Source of the DNA: an uncultured cyanobacterium
GTDB lineage: Bacteria; Cyanobacteriota; Cyanobacteriia; PCC-9006; JAAUQQ01
NCBI GenBank assembly: GCA_963718615.1
Contig: OY970368.1
Span: forward strand, 224,001-288,000
Direction: 5' to 3'
Length of the DNA stretch: 64,000 bases
Under the pieces are notes generated by a model. The model had not been told where the DNA came from. It saw nothing but the letters and a program-made list of their open reading frames with translations, and searched no databases. Position 1 is the stretch's first letter; each line of letters opens with the position of its first letter. Made by a program: the position numbers and the translations under genes. Shown here piece after piece: positions 47,821 through 57,004 of the stretch.

Positions 47821-50520
47821 TCACACTTGATCGAGCCTAGCGCTTAAACGGGTCCTCAACTGCTTACCCAAGGTTTGAACCAAGGGCTCGTCCAAAATGC
47901 CATTGTGAGTTCCAGCAATTTCCAAGACTTCGATTTCGCCTTGCACGATATCATCCCAGCCCAAGAGCGGCATCATCGCCTTTGTGTGTTTATCGATGCG
48001 TTCCGTGGCTTTGATCAAAACCATCGAGAGGTTTTCGGGCTGGGGATCATAGACGAGTTGCATTTGCCAGCGATCGCTCGCCATCAAATGATAGGCCTGC
48101 CACTGAGAAAGCGGTAATCCCAGTTTGAGGAAAAGTTTTGCACTTAGCGTTCGCACATATTCACGGGTACCGATATAGCGATCCCAAAGCTTTTCTTGGA
48201 TATAACTCAAGCCTTGCTGCTTTAACTTTTCCCTGTGGCTCTGTGCCCGATTTTGCGTGGGCAAAATCCGATAACCTCGGCTTAAAAGACTATCCATAAC
48301 AGCGAGAAATGCGACGTCATATCCTCGTTGTCGGAGTCGAGCAGCCACTTCATAGGCTAACATTCCCCCAAACGAAAACCCAGCTAAATAATAGGGACCA
48401 GCGGGATAAATCCTCAAGATCTCCTCAACATAACAATGAGCCAGGGCTTCAACACTGTTCGGCAAGCGCTGATTGCCAATCATCTGCTCGACACCGCCGT
48501 AGATGGGTTGTTCAGGCAATAAATAGGGCGTTAGGGATCGATAAATATGGGCCCCGGACAGTAAAAATAGCGGCGGCAGTTGTCGCACAGGATCGCCCGG
48601 TTGCATAAGGTTTAGATTGACAAAACTCTCGGACGTTCTTGTTGGCTCACAAATTAATAGGGCAATTTGCTCAATGGTTGCGGCATCAAAGAGGCTCGGT
48701 AAAGGAATTGATTTTTGGAATTCTCGACTGATGCGATCGCACAATATCGCCACCTGCAAGGAATGCCCACCGAGATCGAAAAAGCGATCGCAAACCCCAA
48801 AATCAGATCGGTGCAAAATGGCTTGCCAAATTTCAAACAGCCGCTGCTCTACTACGTTTCTGGGTGGAATCGCGGGGTCTTCAGGCAGTAAAAGCGCAAC
48901 ATCGGACGCAGGCAGCGCCTGACGATCAATTTTGCCATTGGGATTGAGGGGTAGACAATCCAATTGTACAAAAATAGCCGGTATCATTTCCAGCGGAAGC
49001 TGCTGACGCAAAAACTCCCGCAGTTTGCTACCGCTAATCGGATGATTGATGGCATCGCGACAAATCAGATAGGCTACGAGCTGACGATCTCCGGCCCTAT
49101 CCTCAGATGCTGTAACAACGGCCTGCCGAATGCTAGGATAGCGGTTGAGAACGGCTTCAATTTCACCCAGTTCAATGCGAATACCACGAATTTTAACCTG
49201 ATAGTCTACTCGACCGATAAACTCCAGATTGCCATCAGCCCAGCGGCGGGCGCGATCGCCCGTTTTATAAAACCGCTGACCCTCCAGCGTGATAAATTTC
49301 TCCTGGGTGAGCTCGGGATTTTGGTCATACCCCCGTGCGACTCCCGCGCCACCAATGTAAATCTCTCCGATTTCTCCCACTTCTGCTGGCTGTTGGGCTT
49401 CGTCATATAAACCCAGGGTCACGCGATCGAAGGGCTGGCCCACCCAACGTTTTTCAAAGGGGCGATCGCGAGGAACGGCGTAGGTCAATGCTAGCGCTGA
49501 GACTTCGCTACAGCCATAGAGCACGCGAATTTGAGCACCCCGAAACACCAGTTTCATTTCTTCGACCAAATCTGCAGGAATTAAGTCTCCTCCCAGAAAC
49601 ACCTGACGAATTCCTAAAAACAGGTTGGGGTCAATGGAATTCGCTTGAATCCAGTTGAGGATTTGGCGCATCAGGCTGGGGACTGTGTGCAGGAGCGTCA
49701 CCATTTTCAGTCGCTCGACCAAATTGGGAATATCCAGAACTTGCTCACGGCTAAAAAGCACCGCTGTGCCACCGCTCAGCAGGGGACTCAGCAATTCAAA
49801 AAACGAAATGCTAAAGGAAAATCTGGCTAAACAGGGAAAAACGTCTTGGGCATTAAATTGAAATTTAGCTTGGGTCGTGAGTAGGTAATTGAGTAAATTT
49901 TGATGTTCAACAATGACACCTTTGGGGCGACCTGTCGTCCCAGACGTATAGATTAAGTAGGCTGCTTGCTTGGGCTCAATAGAAATGTTCAAATTATGGA
50001 TGTCAAAGTGAGCCCAAAGAGGGTCATCTCGGTCTAAGCAAAGCGTCAGCCCTTGATAAATAGGTAAGGTTTGAAGAACAGTTTCCTGAGTTAACAAAAC
50101 TGAGAGTTGAGACTGACTCAGCAAATCGTTAATTCGATGGGGAGGATAGCTCGGGTCAATCGGAACATACGTTCCCCCGGATTTCAAAATTGCCAGTAGA
50201 CCCATCATCAGTTCCAAACGGGGATGAACGCATAAGCCCACTCTGACTTCGGATTTCACGCCCGATTGCCGCAAGAACCGTGCCAATTGATTGGCTTGGG
50301 CATTGAGCGCTTCATAGGTCAGGGACTGATCATCCCATCGGACTGCGATCGCGTCTGGTGATCGTGTAACCTGTCCTTCAAAATACTTGAGAACGGATAG
50401 AGCCGATGTAGGCTGAGTTGCTGAGTGAATGCTTTGGGGTTGCTGGGATGAGAGTTCCCATTGAGTTGTCAATGTTCTCTGATCAAGTATTTCTTGTTCT
50501 AAGACTTCTCTCTCAAACAT
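47821..50520 (-). CDS. Stand-alone NRPS-like enzyme, A-T-TE
   Basis: YTSGTTGRPKG, FYKTGD, VKIRGIRIELGEIE, NGKIDR; T domain FFDLGGHSL; TE GFSFGG...GTH; no C domain. Confidence 0.93.
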   Translation of the reverse strand: MFEREVLEQEILDQRTLTTQWELSSQQPQSIHSATQPTSALSVLKYFEGQVTRSPDAIAVRWDDQSLTYEALNAQANQLARFLRQSGVKSEVRVGLCVHPRLELMMGLLAILKSGGTYVPIDPSYPPHRINDLLSQSQLSVLLTQETVLQTLPIYQGLTLCLDRDDPLWAHFDIHNLNISIEPKQAAYLIYTSGTTGRPKGVIVEHQNLLNYLLTTQAKFQFNAQDVFPCLARFSFSISFFELLSPLLSGGTAVLFSREQVLDIPNLVERLKMVTLLHTVPSLMRQILNWIQANSIDPNLFLGIRQVFLGGDLIPADLVEEMKLVFRGAQIRVLYGCSEVSALALTYAVPRDRPFEKRWVGQPFDRVTLGLYDEAQQPAEVGEIGEIYIGGAGVARGYDQNPELTQEKFITLEGQRFYKTGDRARRWADGNLEFIGRVDYQVKIRGIRIELGEIEAVLNRYPSIRQAVVTASEDRAGDRQLVAYLICRDAINHPISGSKLREFLRQQLPLEMIPAIFVQLDCLPLNPNGKIDRQALPASDVALLLPEDPAIPPRNVVEQRLFEIWQAILHRSDFGVCDRFFDLGGHSLQVAILCDRISREFQKSIPLPSLFDAATIEQIALLICEPTRTSESFVNLNLMQPGDPVRQLPPLFLLSGAHIYRSLTPYLLPEQPIYGGVEQMIGNQRLPNSVEALAHCYVEEILRIYPAGPYYLAGFSFGGMLAYEVAARLRQRGYDVAFLAVMDSLLSRGYRILPTQNRAQSHREKLKQQGLSYIQEKLWDRYIGTREYVRTLSAKLFLKLGLPLSQWQAYHLMASDRWQMQLVYDPQPENLSMVLIKATERIDKHTKAMMPLLGWDDIVQGEIEVLEIAGTHNGILDEPLVQTLGKQLRTRLSARLDQV

Positions 50521-50602
50521 AATTACAATTCTCCTGACTCATCAATTACACCTGACTCAATACTCAAATCAATAGTCTTAGGGCATAGGTCCGGCATAGC
50601 GT

Positions 50603-51808
50603 TTAGGGTGCGGTCTGAACTGCATTAAGGGAGTTGCTATGCAGTGCAATGGGAACCGCTGTTTTTAGAGAAGTCGGCAAAATTTTAGAGGGCGTACGTT
50701 TGTCCTGCTCATCCGCCACGGCTTGAAATAGGGCTTTAAAGTTACCTTCGCCATAACTTTGGGCACCATGACGCTGAATCACCTCTAGAAAAAAGGTCGG
50801 ACGATCCTGTACAACCGTAGTAAAGGCTTGTAAAAGATATCCCTGCTCATTGCGATCGGCCAGAATTTTGAACTGCTTTAATTGTTCTAAATCCTCATTT
50901 AAAAGACCCACGCGATCGCCCAAAGTATCGTAGTAAGAATCGGGAATTTGCAGAAACTCAACCCCCCGCTCCTGCATAACCCGAATCGTCTGGACAACGT
51001 CCTGGGAATGCAACGCGAGATGCTGGACACCAGGGCCACGATGGAATTTGAGAAACTCATTGAGCTGAGACTTTTGGAGGGCCGAAACGGGTTCAACCAA
51101 CGTGAGCTTAAACGTACCGGTTCGATTTTGTAAAGCCTTGGAATTCAAACCGCCGGACTCTGCATGGAGGGTAATTTGATAAAACTCTTCAAGACCCAGA
51201 ATTTGCTGATAAAAATGCACCCACTGCGGTAGGGTTCCCGCCTCTAAACAGATGGCAAGATGGTCAATGTAATTGATGCCAAGGGGCCGTTGCGATCGCC
51301 GATGCTTAATGGTTTTATATCCCGGAAACCACAGCGCTTTATCCGGACTAGACCGTTGAATAAAGCTATGAACCGTATCGCCATAGGCCGCGATCGCCGC
51401 CTTGATTAACCACTGCCCTGATTCGTCCTCATAGCGGACAGGCTCAAGCACAGGCTGAGCACCAGCTTCAACAGCATTTTGGAAGGCAATCACTGCATCA
51501 TTGACTCGAAAGCCAATTTCTTTGACGCTGTCGCCATGGGTGGCAGTGTGATAGGCAACCGGACTATCCGCCTGGGAAGCCCCAGTCAGCAGCAGATTGA
51601 CCTCACCCTGTTGGACCCAAAAGGACAGGCGATCGCTGATTCCTGTTTCGACTCCGGCGGTTGCCAGGAGCTGAAATCCGAGCGCAGAACAATAGAAGTG
51701 AGAAGCCTGAAAGGCACTACCCACATAGAATTCCACATATTCAATTGTCTCAATTTCAAAGGGCAACCGCGAGACAGATACCTGTCCCTTCTGAGAAGAT
51801 GGATCCAT
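50603..51808 (-). CDS. 4-hydroxyphenylpyruvate dioxygenase / hydroxymandelate synthase family enzyme
   Basis: Fe ligands in IDHLA, GVQHLAL and FLEVIQR; GEGNFKALF; YGDTVHSF. Confidence 0.9.
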   Translation of the reverse strand: MDPSSQKGQVSVSRLPFEIETIEYVEFYVGSAFQASHFYCSALGFQLLATAGVETGISDRLSFWVQQGEVNLLLTGASQADSPVAYHTATHGDSVKEIGFRVNDAVIAFQNAVEAGAQPVLEPVRYEDESGQWLIKAAIAAYGDTVHSFIQRSSPDKALWFPGYKTIKHRRSQRPLGINYIDHLAICLEAGTLPQWVHFYQQILGLEEFYQITLHAESGGLNSKALQNRTGTFKLTLVEPVSALQKSQLNEFLKFHRGPGVQHLALHSQDVVQTIRVMQERGVEFLQIPDSYYDTLGDRVGLLNEDLEQLKQFKILADRNEQGYLLQAFTTVVQDRPTFFLEVIQRHGAQSYGEGNFKALFQAVADEQDKRTPSKILPTSLKTAVPIALHSNSLNAVQTAP

Positions 51809-51851
51809 TGGAGATGTGCAAGATATTGAAAGATCTCAAATGCTCATCCGT

Positions 51852-51915
51852 TTGCCAAGTCAGGGATATTCACAAATATGTCAGATCAAATTGCCGAGCT
51901 AGGGATATTCATAAA
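51852..51915. repeat. Two imperfect 25-bp direct repeats, 39-bp period, upstream of the dioxygenase
   Basis: TTGCCAAGTCAGGGATATTCACAAA / TTGCCGAGCTAGGGATATTCATAAA. Confidence 0.7.
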
Positions 51916-52364
51916 CAGGGTTTTCAGCAAAACGCTTTTAACAACACTTCTGCTGTTATGCGGACCTCGTTGGTGATAAAATCTACGCTATCCTCCGGAG
52001 ACTTTTAAAGGAGTTTACACAAACTTCATGAATTAAGCTTGGATTATAAAGGAGAGAGAATTTTCCGTACTTCATCCTCAAAACAAGATGTATCCGTATT
52101 CACGAAAATCAGACTTCTGCGGTCTGCGATACAAAACGGGAATATCTAATCATCAATAGTTTTGGCCTAAACCATAGCCTTAAGATACAAAATCAGATAG
52201 CTGAAGACCAACAAAGCCTTCCCCTATTTCATCAAGCAATAATCTATTTCATCAATCAACAATTTGCGTTAGCAGCAACGACAAAGCCCCCTATTGAACT
52301 TTTTTTGCTCAGTTTTAGGGGGCTTTGGAGCATACTTTGGAGCATACATTGGGCCAATGGGCAC

Positions 52365-53192
52365 CTATACCTTGGAGCGATCGGTCAGAATCTCATACCC
52401 ATCATCCGTCACTAACACCGTATGTTCCCACTGGGCCGAGAGGGCGCGATCGAGCGTCACCACCGTCCACTTATCCCGCAGGGTTTTGGTGTGTTTGGAG
52501 CCTGCATTGAGAATCGGCTCGATCGCCAACGTCATCCCCGCCCGCAGCTTCACATTGGGCATATCCCGCGTCCGGTAGTTAAACACCGAGGGTTCCTCAT
52601 GGAGATTGCGACCTACCCCGTGCCCCGTGTAATCTTCCACAACGCTGAAACCATGGGCTTTGACGTGGTCTTCCACGGCTCCAGCAATATCGAGTAAATA
52701 ATTGCCCGCCTTGACCTGCTCAATGCCTTTAAACAGGGATTCCTCAGCCACCCGAATTAAATCTGCCGCTTCTGGGGTGACCTCACCGACTGCGATCGTA
52801 ATGCAGGAATCTCCATGGAAGCCTTGGTAATAAGCACCGGTATCGACCTTGAGCACATCCCCGGCTCGGATCACCTTGCGCTTGTTGGGAATTCCATGGA
52901 CCACTTCATCGTTAATACTGGAGCAAATCGAGCAGGGGAAGCCTTGGTAACCTTTGAAGCTGGGGGTGGCACCCATGCCGCGAATGCGCTTCTCGGCATA
53001 GGCGTCCAGATCCGCCGTGGTCATGCCCGGTTCCACCATTAAGGAAATTTCCTTCAACACCGTCGCCACGATTTTCGATGCTTCTCGCATGATCTCGATT
53101 TCGCGCTTGGATTTAATTTCCACACCGCGCCGTTGGCGCTGCGCTTGTTGCCCTTTGTTGGGCTGAGCTAAAAGACTACCGAAAATATTCAT
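52365..53192 (-). CDS. map: Methionine aminopeptidase type I
   Basis: VVHGIP, VDTG..HGD, GHGVG..HEEP, IEP, SAQWEHT. Confidence 0.96.
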   Translation of the reverse strand: MNIFGSLLAQPNKGQQAQRQRRGVEIKSKREIEIMREASKIVATVLKEISLMVEPGMTTADLDAYAEKRIRGMGATPSFKGYQGFPCSICSSINDEVVHGIPNKRKVIRAGDVLKVDTGAYYQGFHGDSCITIAVGEVTPEAADLIRVAEESLFKGIEQVKAGNYLLDIAGAVEDHVKAHGFSVVEDYTGHGVGRNLHEEPSVFNYRTRDMPNVKLRAGMTLAIEPILNAGSKHTKTLRDKWTVVTLDRALSAQWEHTVLVTDDGYEILTDRSKV

Positions 53193-53273
53193 GGCGATCG
53201 CGCAGGGCAAGAAAGATGAGGAGCAAGTTAACAATCCGTATCCTAGGCTAACAGAATCTTGAAGCCCCTGGGT

Positions 53274-53759
53274 TTAGCTCCCTTGGATCGTCAGGGTTCC
53301 CACCATACCCGCTTCCGTATGGCCCGGAACCACACAGCGCAGCCCATAGCTCCCAGACCGCACTGGCACAAAGACCCAATCGGCATAGGCCCCTGCTCGC
53401 ACCTCGATTTCATGAATTGCGCCTTTAACCTCGACGCCTCCCGTATCCACCTTTTGACTCCAGATTCCATCCGCAAAATCCTTGGCCGTGAAGTAATGCT
53501 TGCTAGGACTCGAATTCACCAGATGCAGCTGATACCGTTTGCCCGCTTCAAAGGTCAGGGTGTCGGGGAAAAAGCGGAGGGCTCCTGCTTCATTCCCAAG
53601 CTTCATTTCTACGGGGATGAGGGGTTGCTTGGCTAGGTTTTGAGGAGCCGCAAAGGCCTCGGCCCTCGCCCCTAAACCCTCTCCAGCGAGGAATCCCAGC
53701 CATAGAAGACAAATCATCGCCATCAGCAAACGGAGCAGACGGTGCAACCAGGGGTTCAT
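53274..53759 (-). CDS. Exported cupredoxin-domain protein
   Basis: Signal peptide; H...C.VPGH..AGM type-1 copper ligand pattern. Confidence 0.8.
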   Translation of the reverse strand: MNPWLHRLLRLLMAMICLLWLGFLAGEGLGARAEAFAAPQNLAKQPLIPVEMKLGNEAGALRFFPDTLTFEAGKRYQLHLVNSSPSKHYFTAKDFADGIWSQKVDTGGVEVKGAIHEIEVRAGAYADWVFVPVRSGSYGLRCVVPGHTEAGMVGTLTIQGS

Positions 53760-53856
53760 CTTAGATACCTCTTAAATACCTTGATTTGCAATAAAAGCTA
53801 GACGCCAGGCAGAAAGGTCGATATGATGGAAAATCGTGAGTTTTTGGCACGGAGTC

Positions 53857-54219
53857 ATGAACGCCCAGGCAATTCTTCGCTCCATTGAATCGGAGCACAT
53901 CAAGTCAGACCTCCCCGACATCTATGTCGGCGATACCGTGCGCGTGGGCGTCCGGATTCGCGAGGGAGAAAAGGAACGAGTCCAGCCCTACGAAGGTATT
54001 GTCATTGCCATGCGCAATGGCGGTATCAGCGAAACGATTACAGTCCGCAAGATTTTCCAAGGCATTGGCGTAGAGCGCGTGTTTCTACTCCATTCTCCCT
54101 TAATTGAGAGCATCAAAATCATTCGTCGCGGTAAAGTGCGTCGGGCGAAATTGTATTATCTACGCGATCGCGTGGGTAAAGCCACCCGCGTCAAGCAGCG
54201 TTTCGATCGCAGCCTCTAG
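53857..54219 (+). CDS. rplS: 50S ribosomal protein L19
   Basis: [33 protein letters not shown]. Confidence 0.98.
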   Translation: MNAQAILRSIESEHIKSDLPDIYVGDTVRVGVRIREGEKERVQPYEGIVIAMRNGGISETITVRKIFQGIGVERVFLLHSPLIESIKIIRRGKVRRAKLYYLRDRVGKATRVKQRFDRSL

Positions 54220-54392
54220 GTTTATGCCTATGGGCGATCGCGATCGCGACGAAAGGGTGCCTTGCTCTGGCACCATTCCGTGTCATAATGGCGAAGAGCG
54301 AATTTTGACCAGAATTCTGTTGCTCCATTAGCCTCCACCCCTAATGCGGCTCGAAACAGGTTATCCTGAGATTGAATTCGATCTTCTCCCTT

Positions 54393-54465
54393 GCGTCCTT
54401 AGTTCAGTTGGTAGAACGTCGGTCTCCAAAACCGGATGTCGGGGGTTCAAGTCCTCCAGGGCGCG
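54393..54465 (+). tRNA. tRNA-Trp(CCA)
   Basis: GCGTCCTTAGTTCAGTTGGTAGAAC..CTCCAAA..GGTTCAAGTCC..AGGGCGCG. Confidence 0.96.
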
Positions 54466-54522
54466 TTGTGACAGGGGCAAAGGCAACTCAAAACAGTTGA
54501 CACAAAAAGTTGAAACAACGTG

Positions 54523-54551
54523 TTGACAAATGAGTTTCTCCTCTGCACAAT
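54523..54551 (+). promoter_or_regulatory. Sigma70-type promoter for tRNA-Asp
   Basis: TTGACA-17 bp-CACAAT. Confidence 0.6.
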
Positions 54552-54615
54552 GGTAAAGCTGGTAAATGCAAAGGCCAGCGACCACATGCCGAAAGGTAGT
54601 GCCGAAAGGCAGTCT

Positions 54616-54689
54616 GGGACTGTAGTTCAACCGGTTAGAGCACCGCCCTGTCACGGCGGAAGTTGCGGGTTCGAATCCCGTCAGTCCCG
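54616..54689 (+). tRNA. tRNA-Asp(GTC)
   Basis: GGGACTGTAGTTCAACCGGTTAGAGC..CTGTCAC..GGTTCGAATCC..CAGTCCCG. Confidence 0.97.
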
Positions 54690-54725
54690 TTAATCAGACC
54701 GATAGAAACCCGATAAATCTAAAGG

Positions 54726-54754
54726 GCGAAACGAGTTAATCCGTTTCGCTTTTT
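54726..54754 (+). terminator. Intrinsic terminator after tRNA-Asp
   Basis: GCGAAACG-N8-CGTTTCGC-TTTTT. Confidence 0.8.
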
Positions 54755-54836
54755 ACTGTGTAGGATGAATCCCTGGTCCCTGTATGGGTCCCTTATTCTC
54801 CATTCGTTACTCCCTTATCCTTTACACCCTTTCACC

Positions 54837-56288
54837 ATGTCTGTCCGCGTTCGCATCGCCCCCAGCCCCACCGGCAACCTACACATCGGCACCGCTCGTA
54901 CTGCGGTCTTCAACTGGCTGTTCGCGCGGAACCAGGGAGGCACGTTTATTCTGCGCATCGAAGATACAGACCAGGAGCGATCGCGCCCGGAATACACGGA
55001 AAATATCATGACCGGCCTCCAATGGCTGGGGCTGGACTGGGATGAGGGTCCGTTCTACCAAACCCAGCGCCTAGACCTCTATGGTGAGGCGATTAAAATT
55101 CTGCTGGATAAAGGCTTGGCTTACCCCTGCTATTGCAGCGAGCAGGAGCTAGAGGCTATGCGCGAAGGTCAAAAGGCCCGCAAGGAAGCGCCTCGCTATG
55201 ACAATCGTCACCGGAATTTGACCCCAGAGCAACAGGCCGCGTTTGAAGCGGAAGGTCGGGAGCCAGTGATTCGGTTCAAAATCGAGGACGATCGCGTCAT
55301 TCAGTGGGACGACATGGTTCGGGGCACCGTTACCTGGAAGGGCAGCGACCTAGGGGGCGATATGGTGATTGCCCGTCGGGCTCCCGCTGGCACCATTGGC
55401 CAACCGCTCTACAACTTTGTCGTGGTCGTGGATGATGCGGATATGGCGATTACCCATGTAATTCGTGGCGAGGACCACATTGCCAACACCGGCAAGCAAA
55501 TTTTGCTCTACGAAGCCCTGGGCAAGCCTGTGCCCCAGTTCGCCCACACGCCGCTGATCCTGAATTCAGAAGGCCGCAAGCTGTCCAAGCGCGATGGTGT
55601 CACCTCCGTCGCCGACTTCCAGGCTATGGGCTATAGCGCCGAGGCCCTGGCCAACTACATGGGGCTGCTGGGCTGGTCGCCGCCGGAACCCATGACTGAG
55701 CGGTTTACCCTAGCAGAAGCCGCCCAAGCCTTTAGCTTCGATCGCGTCAATAAGGCCGGAGCCAAGTTCGACTGGGATAAGCTCAACTGGCTCAACAGCC
55801 AAGTCCTCCACGCCATTCCGCCGGAAACGCTGGTGGATCAGCTTTTGCCCCTGTGGCAGGCAGCGGGGTATGCGTTCGATGGAGAGGGCGATCGCCCCTG
55901 GCTCACGGAACTGGCTACTCTGATCGGTCCCAGCCTAGTCAAGCTCAACGACGCCGTCGAACAGGTCAGTCTGATCGCCACTGAAACCGTCGAGATTCAA
56001 CCCGATGCAGCAGCATTGCTCCAGCAGGACACCGGCGCTGGAATCGTCCAGGGCTTTCTTGCAGGGCTGGCTGACGCCGCTGCATTCACACCGGATACGG
56101 CCAAAGCCCTGATTGACCAAGTGACCAAAGCCCAAGGGGTCAAAAAAGGCGTGACCATGCGGACGCTACGGGCGGCGCTCACCGGGGCACTCCAAGGGCC
56201 AGACCTGATGCAGGCTTGGATGCTGCTCAATCAGAAAGGCTGGGACAAAACCCGCCTAGAGAAGGCGCTTACCGCTGCCCAAGGTTAG
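54837..56288 (+). CDS. gltX: Glutamate-tRNA ligase
   Basis: [30 protein letters not shown]. Confidence 0.97.
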   Translation: MSVRVRIAPSPTGNLHIGTARTAVFNWLFARNQGGTFILRIEDTDQERSRPEYTENIMTGLQWLGLDWDEGPFYQTQRLDLYGEAIKILLDKGLAYPCYCSEQELEAMREGQKARKEAPRYDNRHRNLTPEQQAAFEAEGREPVIRFKIEDDRVIQWDDMVRGTVTWKGSDLGGDMVIARRAPAGTIGQPLYNFVVVVDDADMAITHVIRGEDHIANTGKQILLYEALGKPVPQFAHTPLILNSEGRKLSKRDGVTSVADFQAMGYSAEALANYMGLLGWSPPEPMTERFTLAEAAQAFSFDRVNKAGAKFDWDKLNWLNSQVLHAIPPETLVDQLLPLWQAAGYAFDGEGDRPWLTELATLIGPSLVKLNDAVEQVSLIATETVEIQPDAAALLQQDTGAGIVQGFLAGLADAAAFTPDTAKALIDQVTKAQGVKKGVTMRTLRAALTGALQGPDLMQAWMLLNQKGWDKTRLEKALTAAQG

Positions 56289-56325
56289 GATATCCAGGAA
56301 TTCTCAAAGGAGTGAGGTCAAAACC

Positions 56326-56844
56326 ATGAGGCGGCATCGGATTCAAACCTGGGTGGGACAGATCGGCTTGGCCCTTGGCTCCTGGGGCGTTGCATTCGGG
56401 CTGGCGATCGCCCCCAACCCGGCCCCAGGACTAGCCCAAATCGCCACGGCTCCCCCCATGTTCACGGACCTGAGCCTCAGTCCTCGGTTTATTCCCGATC
56501 CGACCCGATTGCGCGGTCTCAGCGGGGGCGAGGTGTATACGGAGGCGATCGCCGGTCGCCTCCAAACGGAAACTGGCTCCTGCGTCGGCTTCGTCAACGA
56601 AAAGCCCGACCACGAACTCGTCCTCACCGACTTTTTCAACTACCTCAATGTCCAGGTGCTCAGCCCCGGCGATACCGTCCTGCTGGTGCGAGGAGCTGGA
56701 GGAACCTGGTGTAGTGACGAGCGCACCGAGGCTGGTCCCGGCATTGCGGGCCAATGGCTCCCCGGTCGTTACCAGATCTGGGTGGGCTCCATCGAAAACG
56801 GTCAGTATGTCCCCTATCAGCTTCAGTTCAGCGAAACCCGTTAG
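56326..56844 (+). CDS. Exported hypothetical protein
   Basis: Signal peptide; C.GF...PDH, DT.L.V.G..WC.D, G.Y.IWVG. Confidence 0.7.
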   Translation: MRRHRIQTWVGQIGLALGSWGVAFGLAIAPNPAPGLAQIATAPPMFTDLSLSPRFIPDPTRLRGLSGGEVYTEAIAGRLQTETGSCVGFVNEKPDHELVLTDFFNYLNVQVLSPGDTVLLVRGAGGTWCSDERTEAGPGIAGQWLPGRYQIWVGSIENGQYVPYQLQFSETR

Positions 56845-57004
56845 GGGGGTCTATAATCGAGCGAAAATCTTGCAAACTATCCGGAAGACCGCCTATAGTC
56901 TCCGCAAGATGGGCCAAGGTCGTAATGAATTGAACATAAATCGAACAGTACCCTGAGCCTTTGCGTCGATCTCGCTTACCGTTTACCTCCCCCTCGTTTC
57001 CCCT

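Noticed and set aside
52091-52104. NtcA box upstream of the dioxygenase (GTA-N8-CAC); similar near-matches near 8119 and 8686
   Set aside because: All deviate from GTA-N8-TAC; such matches are expected by chance in AT-rich DNA.
54234-54247. Overlapping double HIP1 (GCGATCGCGATCGC) after rplS
   Set aside because: Expected occasionally at this HIP1 density; no further structure.
54344-54654. ORFs 54344..54526 and 54361..54654
   Set aside because: They overlap tRNA-Trp and tRNA-Asp; spurious.
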